Shown here one piece after another: positions 22,408-34,797 of a stretch of 64,000 bases of DNA. Within the stretch, counting starts at the first letter, position 1. Each line of letters begins with the position of its first letter. The stretch lies in contig CM120645.1 of NCBI GenBank assembly GCA_051362555.1, positions 4,526,001 to 4,590,000 on the forward strand, written 5' to 3'. The notes below the pieces were generated by a model. That model was given only the letters and a program-made list of their open reading frames with translations. It was not told the origin of the DNA and did not search any database. This stretch comes from Lingula anatina (lineage: Eukaryota; Animalia; Brachiopoda). The translations under genes were made by a program, and so were the position numbers.

Positions 22408-22707
22408 TTTCTTTTAGTTTAACTAATCAATAAAAAAATTAAAAAGAGACGTGTTCCTAAAAATGCAGAAAACGCAGGTACGTATTTGGACACCATGCTA
22501 CCTCGTCCTCCATGTTTGATTCGTCTGCCACACGAACATGTATTGACAGTTGTGATTGGATGAAGAGTGTTTTAACCAATTAAATAACTTGTTGCATTTA
22601 AAGGTCGGTACCCTTATCACGTGACCCGGAGGTGTTTCCTCTTCCTGGATTTCGAGTCTTGAACCTGTGATTTCTTTGAATTGTTGTTAAAAGTTTTAAG
22701 TTAAAGC
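22408..22707. promoter_or_regulatory. Bidirectional promoter DDX20/twinfilin
   Basis: Divergent ATGs lie 300 bp apart. CCAAT boxes occur on both strands (~22555, ~22576), with the E-box TCACGTGAC at 22617-22625 and ETS-like TTCC motifs. Confidence 0.75.
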
Positions 22708-25700
22708 ATGTCTCATCAAACGGGAATTACAGGTAAGACGTATATTTAACTTTCTAAAATATCTTTATTCTTAAATTGACAAAAATAGATTTTGGTTTAA
22801 CATACTACCGGCCGGCTTTTTACACAGGCTACATGTACTGTACAGTACATGTAGTTTCAGATGTCAGTCACAGTATTAGCGGGTACAGTATATCAATCAT
22901 TTACTAGTGGTATTTCAGCTGCCTTTTCTTAGTCTATGGGAAAATACAACAATAAGTATGTATGGAGACTTTTGTTAGTGCTGCTTAAAGTGATAATAAC
23001 TCTTCGTTTCGGCCAAAAAATGAATTTTCCTGGAGTAAACAACAATTTTCCCATACTTACCAATGGTTAATGAATCCATTTTTACATTCAAAGTTAGTCC
23101 CTGGTTTTTTTCTAAAAAGTTTGGTTTTTTGTTAAAATCTCTTAAGAGATTTTAACAGAGTATAGCCATCAATGGAGGTCACGTGGTCTAAAGACAAGCT
23201 CAGATATCAGAATAATAGCTATAACAGCCGTTTTTGTGGGAAAACAGAACATATTATATTTTTATGAGTCACTCACAATGTTTTTATTGTGAAATACAGA
23301 TTTCATACGAAGAGTTATTATCCCTTTAAGTTAATTTCCTTAATTTTTGGCTTAAAATTAGGGGTCTACTCTCAGAATTTTATTTATTATCAGTTCAGTT
23401 AAAGCATTTTCCTTATATGGAGAAATTATGACTAAGTCAAGTACAGTAGGCAGCATGATTATTTCATCTGATTCATCTGACCTTATTCTTATATTAAATA
23501 CATTTTGAATCTGAGATTATTGTCGTGGCAATTGCTTGTGCAAACCAACCTTCTGCTATGGCCCCACTACTATAGATAATAAGATAAAATTTTGCACCCA
23601 TTTCTATAACAAGAAATATAAACGCTTCATGTTTTAGACTGAGAGTTACATATACCCTATTTTAGCAGACTTCTGAACTATCAACTTAAATTAAAATTTA
23701 TCACAATCTTGGTCTTAAAATTAAGACCATCTTTCAGACTAAATTGTACTTTGTGTATTGAGCCCAAGGTAATTACTAAGTAGTCTGTTCTCCAAGGCCA
23801 GTATTCAGTTTGCCCTTTCCCTGAACTTAAGATGTCTTTACTGATACTCTTCCCCAAAGCAGTATGTAATCTTCTTCATCAAACCTGTATATATGTATGC
23901 TTGTTATTAAACTCCCTTGTGGCTTTATGATATCTGGTATTTACTCGAATAATAGATTCGAATATCGTAAATTATTTTTAAAAAAATGCCCCTAAAAGTG
24001 TTTAATGAGTAATAGCATGACTTGAAAATGTTGATCCAAAAAATTGAAAAGTTTGTTGATTTTTGTCTCAGAACATACATGTACACTGTTGTGAGTTTCT
24101 AAAAATGGTAAATAAAATATTATCAGTGATAACCGTATGTTGTGAAGACCCCTGAGGTCAGGTTGCTGGGGTCAATAGAGCACCTGTTTGGTGGCTGTCA
24201 GAAGAAGCTTATTTTATAACTGCTCTATGGTAAATTTATTATCTGTACTTTTTAGGCAAAATCCCACATAATATGCATCCTTTAAGAGGCAAACAAAAAG
24301 TTGTCAATAGCATTTGGATTTTTAGGTTTAATCTATGTGTTATTTTTATATTTATCATGTAAAATTCTGTTCATTGTATTAACTATTATTTTTGCCTATT
24401 ATTTTCACAGCATCTGAAGACTTGAGGAACTTCTTTGCAACATCTAAAGATGGAAGCATTCGTTTGATGAAGATAGGCATTGACAATGGTATACTCATTA
24501 CTCAGTAGAATTTAAGTGTGCTTAGTTACTATAAGACTTATGGGGATAAAAATAAATGAGTTTGAACACCACTGACCAGACTTTTATAAATGTATCAGGG
24601 GCCGATTGAGGCCGTCTTCTAGGTCTTCCAGAAGACGGTCAGATTTTCAAGTTTACATTGACGGGTATCTAATTTTTTTTTGTCGGAAGACGGTCAAAAA
24701 TGGAGGATGGATCAACAAAGAAAATTTGGAAGTCTGTCAGAATATATCTCTGGATCTGCCCCTGTGTATATACTATCACAAGAAGATGTAGAATTTTTGT
24801 AGTATGTAATCTGTTACAAGAGGTAAATATGTTTGTAATTATGATTAATATGTAATATCACCAATTATGTTATAAACTCTTTTTTGTTTTAATTTTTGCT
24901 TTTCTGTTGCAGAGGAACTTGTTTTGCTGGACAAAAGTGAACCAAGGAGTTCATGGGAAGAAGATATCCTTTCTAAAAATTATCTAAATAATTTATTACT
25001 TGAAGGCATAGAAGCAATTTTTTTCTTTCAAAATAAAGCAAGTTTTAGTTGTAAGACTTTGAATATTTTGATTTTTTATAAGGTTTAAAATTGATTATAT
25101 GGGATAAAAAGAAATATAAAGTTTATAATATGCCGGTGAATAAAACCAGTGAAGTTGATTGAAAATGAAATCAAACTCTATCTCTATCTTTGGACAATTG
25201 ACATAGAGAATGTCATGTTTATTAATTATTATCATTTTGCAATAACTTTGCAAAGGTATCTAATGTCAAACCCATTTAAGAAATTTACAGCAATTAAATA
25301 TGAATATGATATGAAAAAACTAGCTCAAAATTGTGGACATAAAACCTCCTTGACCATTTCCACATTATGATGCCCAAGTCCTCCCACATCTAGATGAGAA
25401 ACAACCTTGTTATATCTTCTACCGTATGGACAGTACAGATAACTCTGATCAGTATGAGTGGATATACCTCAGTTGGTCACCTGACTTCGCCAGTGTATGT
25501 ATTATTTATAATAATAATAATATTTATTATTTATGTTCCTGTGTTATTTATGCAAATATACAGTAATGTTATTATATATATATATATATATTTCTTGCAT
25601 TTTAATTTTTAAATACTTTATTGTCTAAAGGTTAATTTTTTTCACTGAAAATTTTTTATTCATCTATTCATCTTAAGAATGTGATTTTATTTTGCTACCA

Positions 25701-25709
25701 GTCAGCCCA

Positions 25710-25801
<92 letters not shown>

Positions 25802-27827
25802 TAGCAAAGTGACTTTTTTATCATTTTAATATGTAAATGGTCGATCTTTTAGGGTTGAATTCTTTGATATTGTCTACAAAGAGTAAAACATAAAAGTATC
25901 AGTAATTTTTAAATTACTTTAAATTCTTAAAAGAGCCCATTTTTGAATTATAAAATGATGTGTAATGTCTGTCTTACCCTTAAACATCTTATGCTTCTAC
26001 TTCAGGTTAAACATAAGATGTTGTTTGCTGCTACCCGAGCCACATTAAAGAGAGAGTTTGGCGGTGGACAGGTCAAATGGGAAATATTTGGAACAGTAAA
26101 GGTGAAGCAATTTTTAGTCGCGGTCAATATTTTAAAGTAGAAGTTGTAATTTATATATATGCAAATGAGGAATGAATTAGCTCAACTTCATTATAAGTGT
26201 AGAAAATGACTGCACTGAAAATAGAATTAATTGTACCTTTCCTAATCTGTTTTGTCCATTATGTTAATACTATTTTGTATTTAAAAAAACTGTCAAAATG
26301 TCGAGTCTTTTCTTACATAGTTAATATAATGTAATAGTCTAACACATATAAAAGATTAAAATTCATTTTCAGTCTAATATTGTTGTCATCTGCACAGACT
26401 TGTTTTCTATCATGGTATAATATCAGTAGTTGTCACCATAATCGTTTTTAGGAGGACCTGTCACTGTCAGGTTTTAGGAAGCACGTGGAGGCCCATGACG
26501 CCCCTGCACCTCTTACCTTTGAGGAGGAGGAATTGGCCATGATCAAAAGTACCGAGGTAAGAAAACAGTCTCGCTTACAAATTCCTGTCAAAATTTTTCC
26601 ATGATTATATGATGTTTTATTTGTTGGTGATGAGCTACTGTAGTTTATTAGTAAGATGAATATTATACACATTAGGGGTGATTGAAAAGTTAGTATGTAT
26701 GGCAGCAGGTTTTTTATTTGTTCTATTCTTGCAAAGCAAAATTTCCAGTCAGTAAAAGAGTGAGTTGTACTTACTGCAGGTATGGTTGTAGACAACATGC
26801 TAGTGAGGTGTGTAGGGGTGTACATGTCAGATTAACAACATGGACAAAATGTCAGGATGAGTCTTAATATGAGAATGGCTTAGTAATTGCAATGTTGGAA
26901 AAAGTGTGTGGGCTAAGTTTGTATTGAGAAGATTTCATTTTTGTTTTCTTCTTGGTTGAGCTCAGAAGTTTAAAATGTTAAAAACAAAAGAATCAGGTTG
27001 TCAGAATTGACAACAATTTTGAATTTATATCATGGAAAAGTAGAATTTCTCTTAATACATTCAGTAACTGGAGTATATTTTACTTTTGTTTTTTCTAGTT
27101 ATCGGTAAGAAAGGCTTGACTTGAAATATGGCATTATTTAGAGGAAAGGAATGGAGAATCAGAATTTACTTTGGCCTGTTGTGGTTTTTGATAACCTCAT
27201 CCTGCTTTTTAACATGATGTTTTGTTTAACTTGTAGATAGGGGTTAAACAGCATGGACATTGCAAGGCTTTGTTTTGCACAGTAGCTTATCACTTTTGAA
27301 ACACCTTTTATTTTGAATATCATACAGTTATCATAACAATTGATGATGATGATGTTGATCGGTTTTTGGGTCTTCTGTCCTGAAGAACAATTGATATATG
27401 TATTGAACGTCCCTCAAAACATTTAAATAGCAAATAAGTTTATTGGAATGCCACTTGTCACAATTAATAGATTTGAGTATTTCAGAAAGAATATTGATAT
27501 CTGGATAATATTCTGATGCATAGATATGCCTTGTTTGTTTGGACGTGTTTGTCGGTTCTCTCTTATTCCAAATTTTTGAAGTGTGCAGTTAATAGAAATA
27601 TAAAGAATGAAGAAATACATTTGTAGGTCCTATTGCACCTGGGTCATTAACGAAAATTTTGAGAATTGTGCAGCTTTATTTTTCATTTTTTTCATTTGTT
27701 CACTCATTTATAATTCACTGAAGCTATTTTCTTACATAAACTTTGACCATGCTGATACTGATGCTTGCTAAAGCTGTGTTTGTCTTTCTGTGGAAGATTG
27801 GTCTCAGTTGTTTATTATTTATTTTAA

Positions 27828-27878
<51 letters not shown>

Positions 27879-29790
27879 CTAGGCCAGTTTTATGTGCGTT
27901 TGTGTGGCATTTTCTCAGTTGCCATAATTTGTTTAAGATTATTAAGGTACATTTGATATCAATTTTAGAGTCCCTGATCAAAACTCTTTACGTGTAACCT
28001 TCAGACATACTTTCACCCTCATACTTTGAAATTTGTAACATTTTTTTGCATGGTTGTATAATTATTAGCAGAATCGCAGTTTATGGTTTCATACCAAAAA
28101 GGCTCATGATAGAAAAATAATGATATATATATATATATAGTGAAAGACATTTAAACATTCACTAATGTCATTTTTTTAAATTTCAGGTGAAAGCAGACAT
28201 TGGAGTGGACACAAAGCATCAAACGCTGTCAGGGGTGGCTTTTCCTATAGAGGACGATGCACTTCATAAGATAATGGAACTAGGGCAAGGAGAAATAACT
28301 TATGTCCAGTTGGTAAGAATTAGACTGATTTTCCATTTTTATTCCAACACTGAAAAGATGTTAATCAGAAGGTCATCATTTTTGTGAAAAAAAAATTAAA
28401 GTTGATAGGCAGATAACAGAACAGATATAAGAATGTCATCAATTTTGTAAAAAAAAAAAAAAAAAAAGTTGATAGGTAGATAGCAGAATATGCAATGGTC
28501 TCTTTGGCTCTATTCCCATAGATTTTAGATCGATCTGGATAATATTCTGATGCATAGATATGCCTTGTTTGTTTGGACGTGTTTGTCGGTTCTCTCTTAT
28601 TCCAAATTTTTGAAGTGTGCAGTTTATAGAAATATAAAGAATGAAGAAATACATTTGTAGGTCCTATTGCTAAAGTAGGTCGATCTAATCTTTGGAAATG
28701 GGGTGTTTGTATTTGACCACTGAAAAAGAAAAAAATATTGCAGTCAATCTGAATGGAAGTAAAAATGAAATTTTCACAGAAGAGCTATTTTATAACAGGA
28801 CAAAGAGATTTCTTTATAGTAAGGTCTTTATTAATTTAATTTTTTAGCTTAATTTTTTAACTTAATTTTCTCTAAATTCAGAGTGTAGACCTTGAAAATG
28901 AGAAGATTTGTCTTGAAGCTGCTGAGGATCTCGCAGTCAGTGCCCTACCTTCCAGAGTACCTGCTGACCATGCCAGATATCACCTGTTTAAATTTAAACA
29001 CACACATGAAGGAGACTACCTACAAAGTATAAGTAAGTAGAAATTAAATTATTTATTTATTTATTTGCTCAGCGATTTTTTGGATTGATAGGAAATAGAT
29101 TCTGCAGTATATTTTGTCTGTGTTTACCAGAACTTGCTAACCTTGTAATCTGCTCCTCTGATAGATAATATTTAGATTTTATGTCTAATTAATATGCATT
29201 TGGATGTACGTTATTAATCTACATGGATTTTTACATGTAAGATATGGGTACTGACTTTCATTTCAAGATATAGCAAAAATGCTCAATAATTGACACGTTG
29301 TCATGTGTCAGACGTCAATTAGCATAGTGTAAATTAAGCATTCAGTGAGTTATGTTTTCCATTTCCAGTATTTATCTATTCTATGCCTGGTTACAAGTGT
29401 TCAGTGAAAGAAAGGATGTTGTACTCTAGTTGTAAATCTCCAGTAATAGAAATGGTGGAGCAGCTAGGACTACAAGTTGATAGGAAGGTTTGTATATGTT
29501 ATGCTTTGTTTAGATTGATGCAGTGAAGAAATATCAGAAAGATACCTGTATTTTAATTACTAGACAATGGAAAAATGCTATAAATATTTTCGTTTCAAGA
29601 TGAGTGTTTCTTATATTTCTCTTTACTCCAGCTTGAGATTGACAGTGGCGAGGAACTATCAGAAGCCTACCTTTATGATGAACTCCATCCAAAGAAGAAC
29701 ATAGCAAAGCAGGCCTTTGCTAAACCAAAGGGTCCTGCTGGCAGAGGCCCAAAACGAATGACGAAGCCTAGGGCAGAAAATGGAGAATAG
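22708..29790 (+). CDS. TWF1: Twinfilin (two ADF-H domains), ~346 aa; exons 22708-22732, 24411-24488, 24913-24963, 25364-25494, 26006-26101, 26452-26556, 28187-28312, 28882-29032, 29369-29487, 29632-29790
   Basis: Contains [63 protein letters not shown] and the tail [14 protein letters not shown]. The 1041-nt CDS is in frame when the AT-AC intron 24964-25363 is used. Confidence 0.95.
22989..23325. mobile_element. Kolobok-like MITE copy 2 in twinfilin intron 1
   Basis: TTAA-AGTGATAATAACTCTTCG...CGAAGAGTTATTATCCCT-TTAA. AG..CT termini with a TTAA TSD. Confidence 0.8.
24596..24764. mobile_element. Short hAT-like MITE (CAGGGGCCGAT...ATCTGCCCCTG) with 5-bp TSD TGTAT
   Basis: TGTAT lies at 24591-24595 and 24765-24769. 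A related inverted fragment sits near 63310-63360. Confidence 0.7.
24964..25363 (+). other. U12-type (minor spliceosome) AT-AC intron in twinfilin
   Basis: 5' site ATATCCTTT, branch site TCCTTGAC at 25347-25354, 3' end ...TTTCCAC. Splicing restores WEE-D-YDAQV. Confidence 0.93.
25712..25792. repeat. (TA)n microsatellite
   Basis: Read directly from the sequence. Confidence 0.95.
27340..27660 (-). mobile_element. Probable 3' end of a non-LTR retroelement ending in (CAT)n; ~135 bp of it is duplicated at ~28533-28670
   Basis: A near-identical segment ATCTGGATAATATTCTGATGC...GTAGGTCCTATTGC is present in two twinfilin introns, with a tandem TGA tail at ~27341-27354. Confidence 0.45.
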
Positions 29791-31577
29791 AGGCCTAATA
29801 AATGAACTCTGTTGACTTTTATGGATTAAAATTACATTCAAGGCTTGTTATTACCTTGAATTTGATAGAAGACACAGAATCAAGAATTTGAAGCAAATTT
29901 TGAACAGAGCAGTACTGACCAGGAAAAGTTTTTGAAAAGATGGAGCAATCCAGATAGAGATGCATACCAAAACACTGGAAGAACCCAAGAGAGGGGTTTA
30001 AAACAGGCGGAAACTTGGATTTGTTGAATGTGTGTAACTGAGCCAAGGCGTCCCTTAATTATGAGATAATACCATTTTAGAAATAAGAAGCCAAGGTGGC
30101 AGTAGAATTTTCCGGAATGAATTTCATTAATTATCATGTGAGGGGTATGTGGGAGAAATGTGTAAAATAACAAAAAAAAAAAAATCATTATGCGTAAATT
30201 TGACCCAGTCTGGGGCCAGAGCCACTGCAGATCATGTGTAACATAAAATGGATGACATAAAATAGTTACATCTCTGTTAAAATGATTATGCAAGAAAATA
30301 TTTTTGAAAAGTGTGATATTCTCTCTCAACCTGCCAAGGAAGTATACAATATTTTTGTAATGCCGTAGTTTATGCCAATATAAGCATGGTTTGTATGGGA
30401 ATGAATTATATGTTTTTTGTTAAGAACATTGCATGTTTGAATTTTATGTACTTTTCCCCAAAAAACTGTGCCTTTCTAAATTGTTATGGGTTCTGCTTTT
30501 AAGCTGCATGAAATAATGATGAAAAATGATTTTCTCATAAATTTTGCTTTAAGAAAATAGATAACCCGGTAAGAGGAAAGTTTTCATTTTGGTGTAAAAG
30601 TTAGCATGCTATCAATCATAAATCTGCAAAAATACACTCAAGTTAACAGTTACAACTGCACTTTTTTGCACTTGTTGACATTAATAATTTCACTTCAATT
30701 TATTGTTATTGATTATAAGAATTGATGCAAAAAGCAGTGTCAATTTTTCAAGTAAGTCGGACTTAATAAAAGTTAATGCATTTTAGTAGTGGTTCAAAGA
30801 CTTGCTAAATTAGAAATAACACTAATAACATCTTTCAGTCACAGTGTTGTACTTTATTTAATATTCAACTCAGAATAAATTAAGCATTATGTTTCGTTCA
30901 TACAAAGACAAATGCTAAGTGTGCTATAATTTTTTATGTCTTTTCTTTGCCATGCTAACAGTTAAAATTATTTCGGGGGTATATCTATAAATCAATCACT
31001 ATCTATTCAGAGCTCGTTAAGAACAATCGTGTTTTCACCATTTTCCATCCTTGTATTAGGTTTCATATAAAGAAACGTAAATGTAAAGAAACAAGAGTGT
31101 CACAGTATATCCATATCAGCAAATGTCAATACTATTAAGTTATATGTGAGGGAATAAAACAGTAAAACCTCTGAAAATGTTCATCACTTCAAATAACACT
31201 TGAGTTTAAAATGAATTAAAATGCCCATGTACTGTAATGTCAATGTGCTGTATGTATATAACTTGCAGTCAGCTGCTCCCACTTTATATTTTAACGCAGT
31301 TCTTTTTCAATTAAGTCTTCACACTAATCCTGGGCATTTCTCCTTTTTTTGAAGTATTGTCCATTTGAAGTTTCTGCACAAAAAATAATAACAATGAAAA
31401 ACATTGCTGCCTTTTTCTGTCACTGAAAGATACAATGAATATATTCCCAACTTTTAAGACTTATCAACTAAGGTAAGGAAAAGAGAACTGTCGAATTCTT
31501 CTTTTGATGGCCTCTTAAGAAGAAAATAAAAAGATGTTTTGTTGTTGAAGACGCTAGCACACAGTCTCCTGTGGTCA

Positions 31578-34500
31578 TCAAAGACCAGCGGCTTTGGCTT
31601 CTGCTTGTCTAAAAAAAAAAAAAAACAAAACCAAAATCAGTAAAAAAAAAAATTATGATTTCCTGAATATTTAAAGTATCACACTTTTAAAGGCACATAT
31701 TGACAATAGACTGCATTTTTAACATGGACATTTTTCCAAATGGTCAAACACTCATCTTTGAGTTAGAATACATTTAAAATATAACTGTAATACAGGTACT
31801 CCATTCAACAACATTTCTAATTCATTTCATAATCGTTTTAAGCCAAATGGCTACTATAAACACTATATATATATATGGACACTGGACAATAATATAGTAG
31901 TAACAATAATATCACTTTTAATTATGAAATATATATATATATATATACATTCTTGTCTTTCTTTCTGACAACACTTACTTTCGAGACTGCAAAAGTGCAC
32001 GGACCTCATCTCTGTGCATATTTATTAAATCAATGTCTCTGAAGTTAATAAGGCCATACAAGGTGCTAGAACAGAAAAAGACATATACGTTACATTTTCT
32101 ATAGCTATCTTGATGGTTTAGATCCAAACCGCAATATTATAATTATACTAAGGTAAAAGAAACTTGGAAGCTTTACTAGAAGGATAAATTATTAATAAAA
32201 TGATGTACAATTCAAGCTATCATGGCTGACATCTTACCCCAACACCGCCCCTTGTACAGCCCCGTACGCCATGGCAACAGGGCCTTTGTAGAACATAGCC
32301 AGTCCGCCTGTCATACCTTAAAGATAAGTCTTAAAGTAGTTTTCACTTATATTCAAGCTTTCATCTAAGAAAGATGAAATCTTGGTAGAATCTACAATTA
32401 CTTGGTCTTCTCAAAGGGGAAAACTGTGAATTTTACAGACACTGTATTTATTAAGTCACAAATTCTTAAAATTGGAACATTCCTATGGAGTGGTAGCAAC
32501 AAAAAATTTAAAAGGAGGCTATCTAATAGTTCTATTTTATACAGTAAAAACACAGTAAATGCTACATATATATTTTTAATAACTCCAACATTATGTACCA
32601 TCTGAAAGATTGATAATTTGTCCCAACTGAAAAGATCAAATCAATAACATACATCCAAGAGGATCAATTTCTCTTCATTACTTAATATTTAAAATTGAGA
32701 CAGGTCATCAGTTTAAAAGTTTTCAGCTTACTGGCCATTTGGACCATCAGTTTCCTAAAACCTGCTGGTTCAAATCGGGGTTCACTGGAGATTTCCATAC
32801 TGCATTATTAAAATCGGCTCTATTACATTAAGTCACCTATGACATTTAAGTATATTGTAGCAGGTATAGACTACTGTATATATCACATTATACAGCTTAA
32901 TGGTGTCGACAATGACACCTGTGGCCCCATTCAGAATAGGGGACTATCTAGTCCGAGGGTCAAATATGGCACCCCACTGGTACTACAAAGCTTGCCGTCT
33001 AATCTGCTAATAGACACTGAATAGATATCACGTGGGGAAGTATTCAAGTGGGTCGGCCATATTTGACCTTTGGACTAGTTAGTCCCCTATTCTGAATGGA
33101 GCCTATAAAGGTACAAGCATGCCTTTGTAATGCATTGGTGTAATGCACATGCATGAATGTATGACTGTACGTATTTGGGTATATATTCGTATGTGTGCAT
33201 GCATGCATTTGGTGTATAGTATTTATCTCAACATCTGCAGTGTGTGAATATGTGTACATGCATGCACTGTTATGTGTGATGGAAAATTTGTCTTCAGCAA
33301 TAACCCACCTGCACTTAAAGTATAATGGTAAAACCTACATGAGTTAAAGTAAATATTGATGCTTTGCGACAGGAACCTGAAAGAAATTTTTTTTCAATCT
33401 CAGTATCATTATTTTCTGACTCTGTAGTCTCCGTAGCACACCCTGAGCTTCAGAGCTAACTTGACACTAACCTATTCACTGTAGCCTATCTTCATCGTGT
33501 CAAGTAACCTCTGACCAGATTCGATTGCCTCCGCCGCCCGCCAATCAAATTTAAAAGCCCGCACTCAATGACTCATTAAACGATCTAGCCAATGAACGCG
33601 AACGAGTCAAAGCGCGCTTTGTTCAAATCCGGACCAATCAAAGATAAGGCTGAATATCAGGGTCTTGCCGTAACCTGTGGGCAGCACGCAAATAACATCC
33701 CTCAAACTGCTAGAACCTATGGTTTCAATTCCGATTTACTCATATTTTGCAAAGAATCAAGAGATAACTTAACACATTCTTTTTCGTAGTCACTCGCCTT
33801 GCTTTCTTTGTGTAAGGTAATACACTCGGAACTACTCGGATGTCTCCGCACTCGACAATAACTTTGTTGTTAGTATGGAGCTTGCGGAATCAGCCGAGGA
33901 TTGCCGATTGACGGTCAACCAATCAGCGTTTTCACCAAACTTTGGTGAAAAATTTTGAAACATGGATTTGATTGGCTTATATAAACTAGGTCAAACTATT
34001 TTCGTCAGAGGTTACTTGACACGATGAAGATAGGCTACAGTGAAGAGGTTAGTGTCAAGTTAGCTCTGAAGCTCAGGGTGCCGTAGCATGACTTCATTTA
34101 AAACACAAAGCTACACATAAATGCCACTAGTATGCAGACTGAACTAGTTTGGTCGGTCCACTTCTTACTAAGTGCAATCAGTGGAATCAGCTAAGTTGTC
34201 TGACATGCCTCCTTGAGCAGCTTGTGGATAATTAAGCCAAGGGCATGCAAAAGTTAATTACCCCCTAGCTTGAGGAGGCGTTCCATTCAGTTTAGCCGAT
34301 TGCACTTAGCCAGAGCCCCTATTGGGAGATGGACTGACCCAACTGGTACAATGTGTCTGTCTGAATGCTACCTGAAATAGCTTAATTTTGTATTGATAAA
34401 AAATTATAAAATTAAATATCTGAGATAAAAAGGAGTCAAAGTTTGCATATTTAGTTCAGGATGATGTGATTATAAAGACCCCATCCTGTCCCCACTTAAG

Positions 34501-34729
34501 GCATTCTTAAGTCAGACACTGCATACTTCAATCTATTAGTTTCAATATACACTGACTTACTCGAAGCAAAGTATGAAAAGAAAAAACTTAAACCCCGTCT
34601 TGGTTCCTCCAACTAATGAGTGAACACGAATGCTCTCAGCTAATGCTGTCTGGAAATAAGAAAATAGAATTTATCTTGTCACCATAATATTTATTTCAAT
34701 CTCACTGAGTCTCATTATTTTATGACCAC

Positions 34730-34797
<68 letters not shown>

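Noticed and set aside
23560-23765. Possible Harbinger-type MITE remnant with the palindrome GGTCTTAAAATTAAGACC
   Set aside because: The termini match only loosely and there is no TSD, so it is too degenerate to call.
26770-26790. CTGCAG|GTATGG as a recursive (zero-length exon) splice site
   Set aside because: The intron is only 1.6 kb and the pyrimidine tract is weak, so it cannot be distinguished from chance.
27423-28654. Duplicated ORFs [12 protein letters not shown]...
   Set aside because: They arise from a duplicated repeat fragment antisense within twinfilin introns.
29880-30329. 149-aa minus-strand ORF
   Set aside because: It is antisense to the twinfilin 3' UTR, has a composition typical of random AT-rich sequence, and has no domain or splice support.
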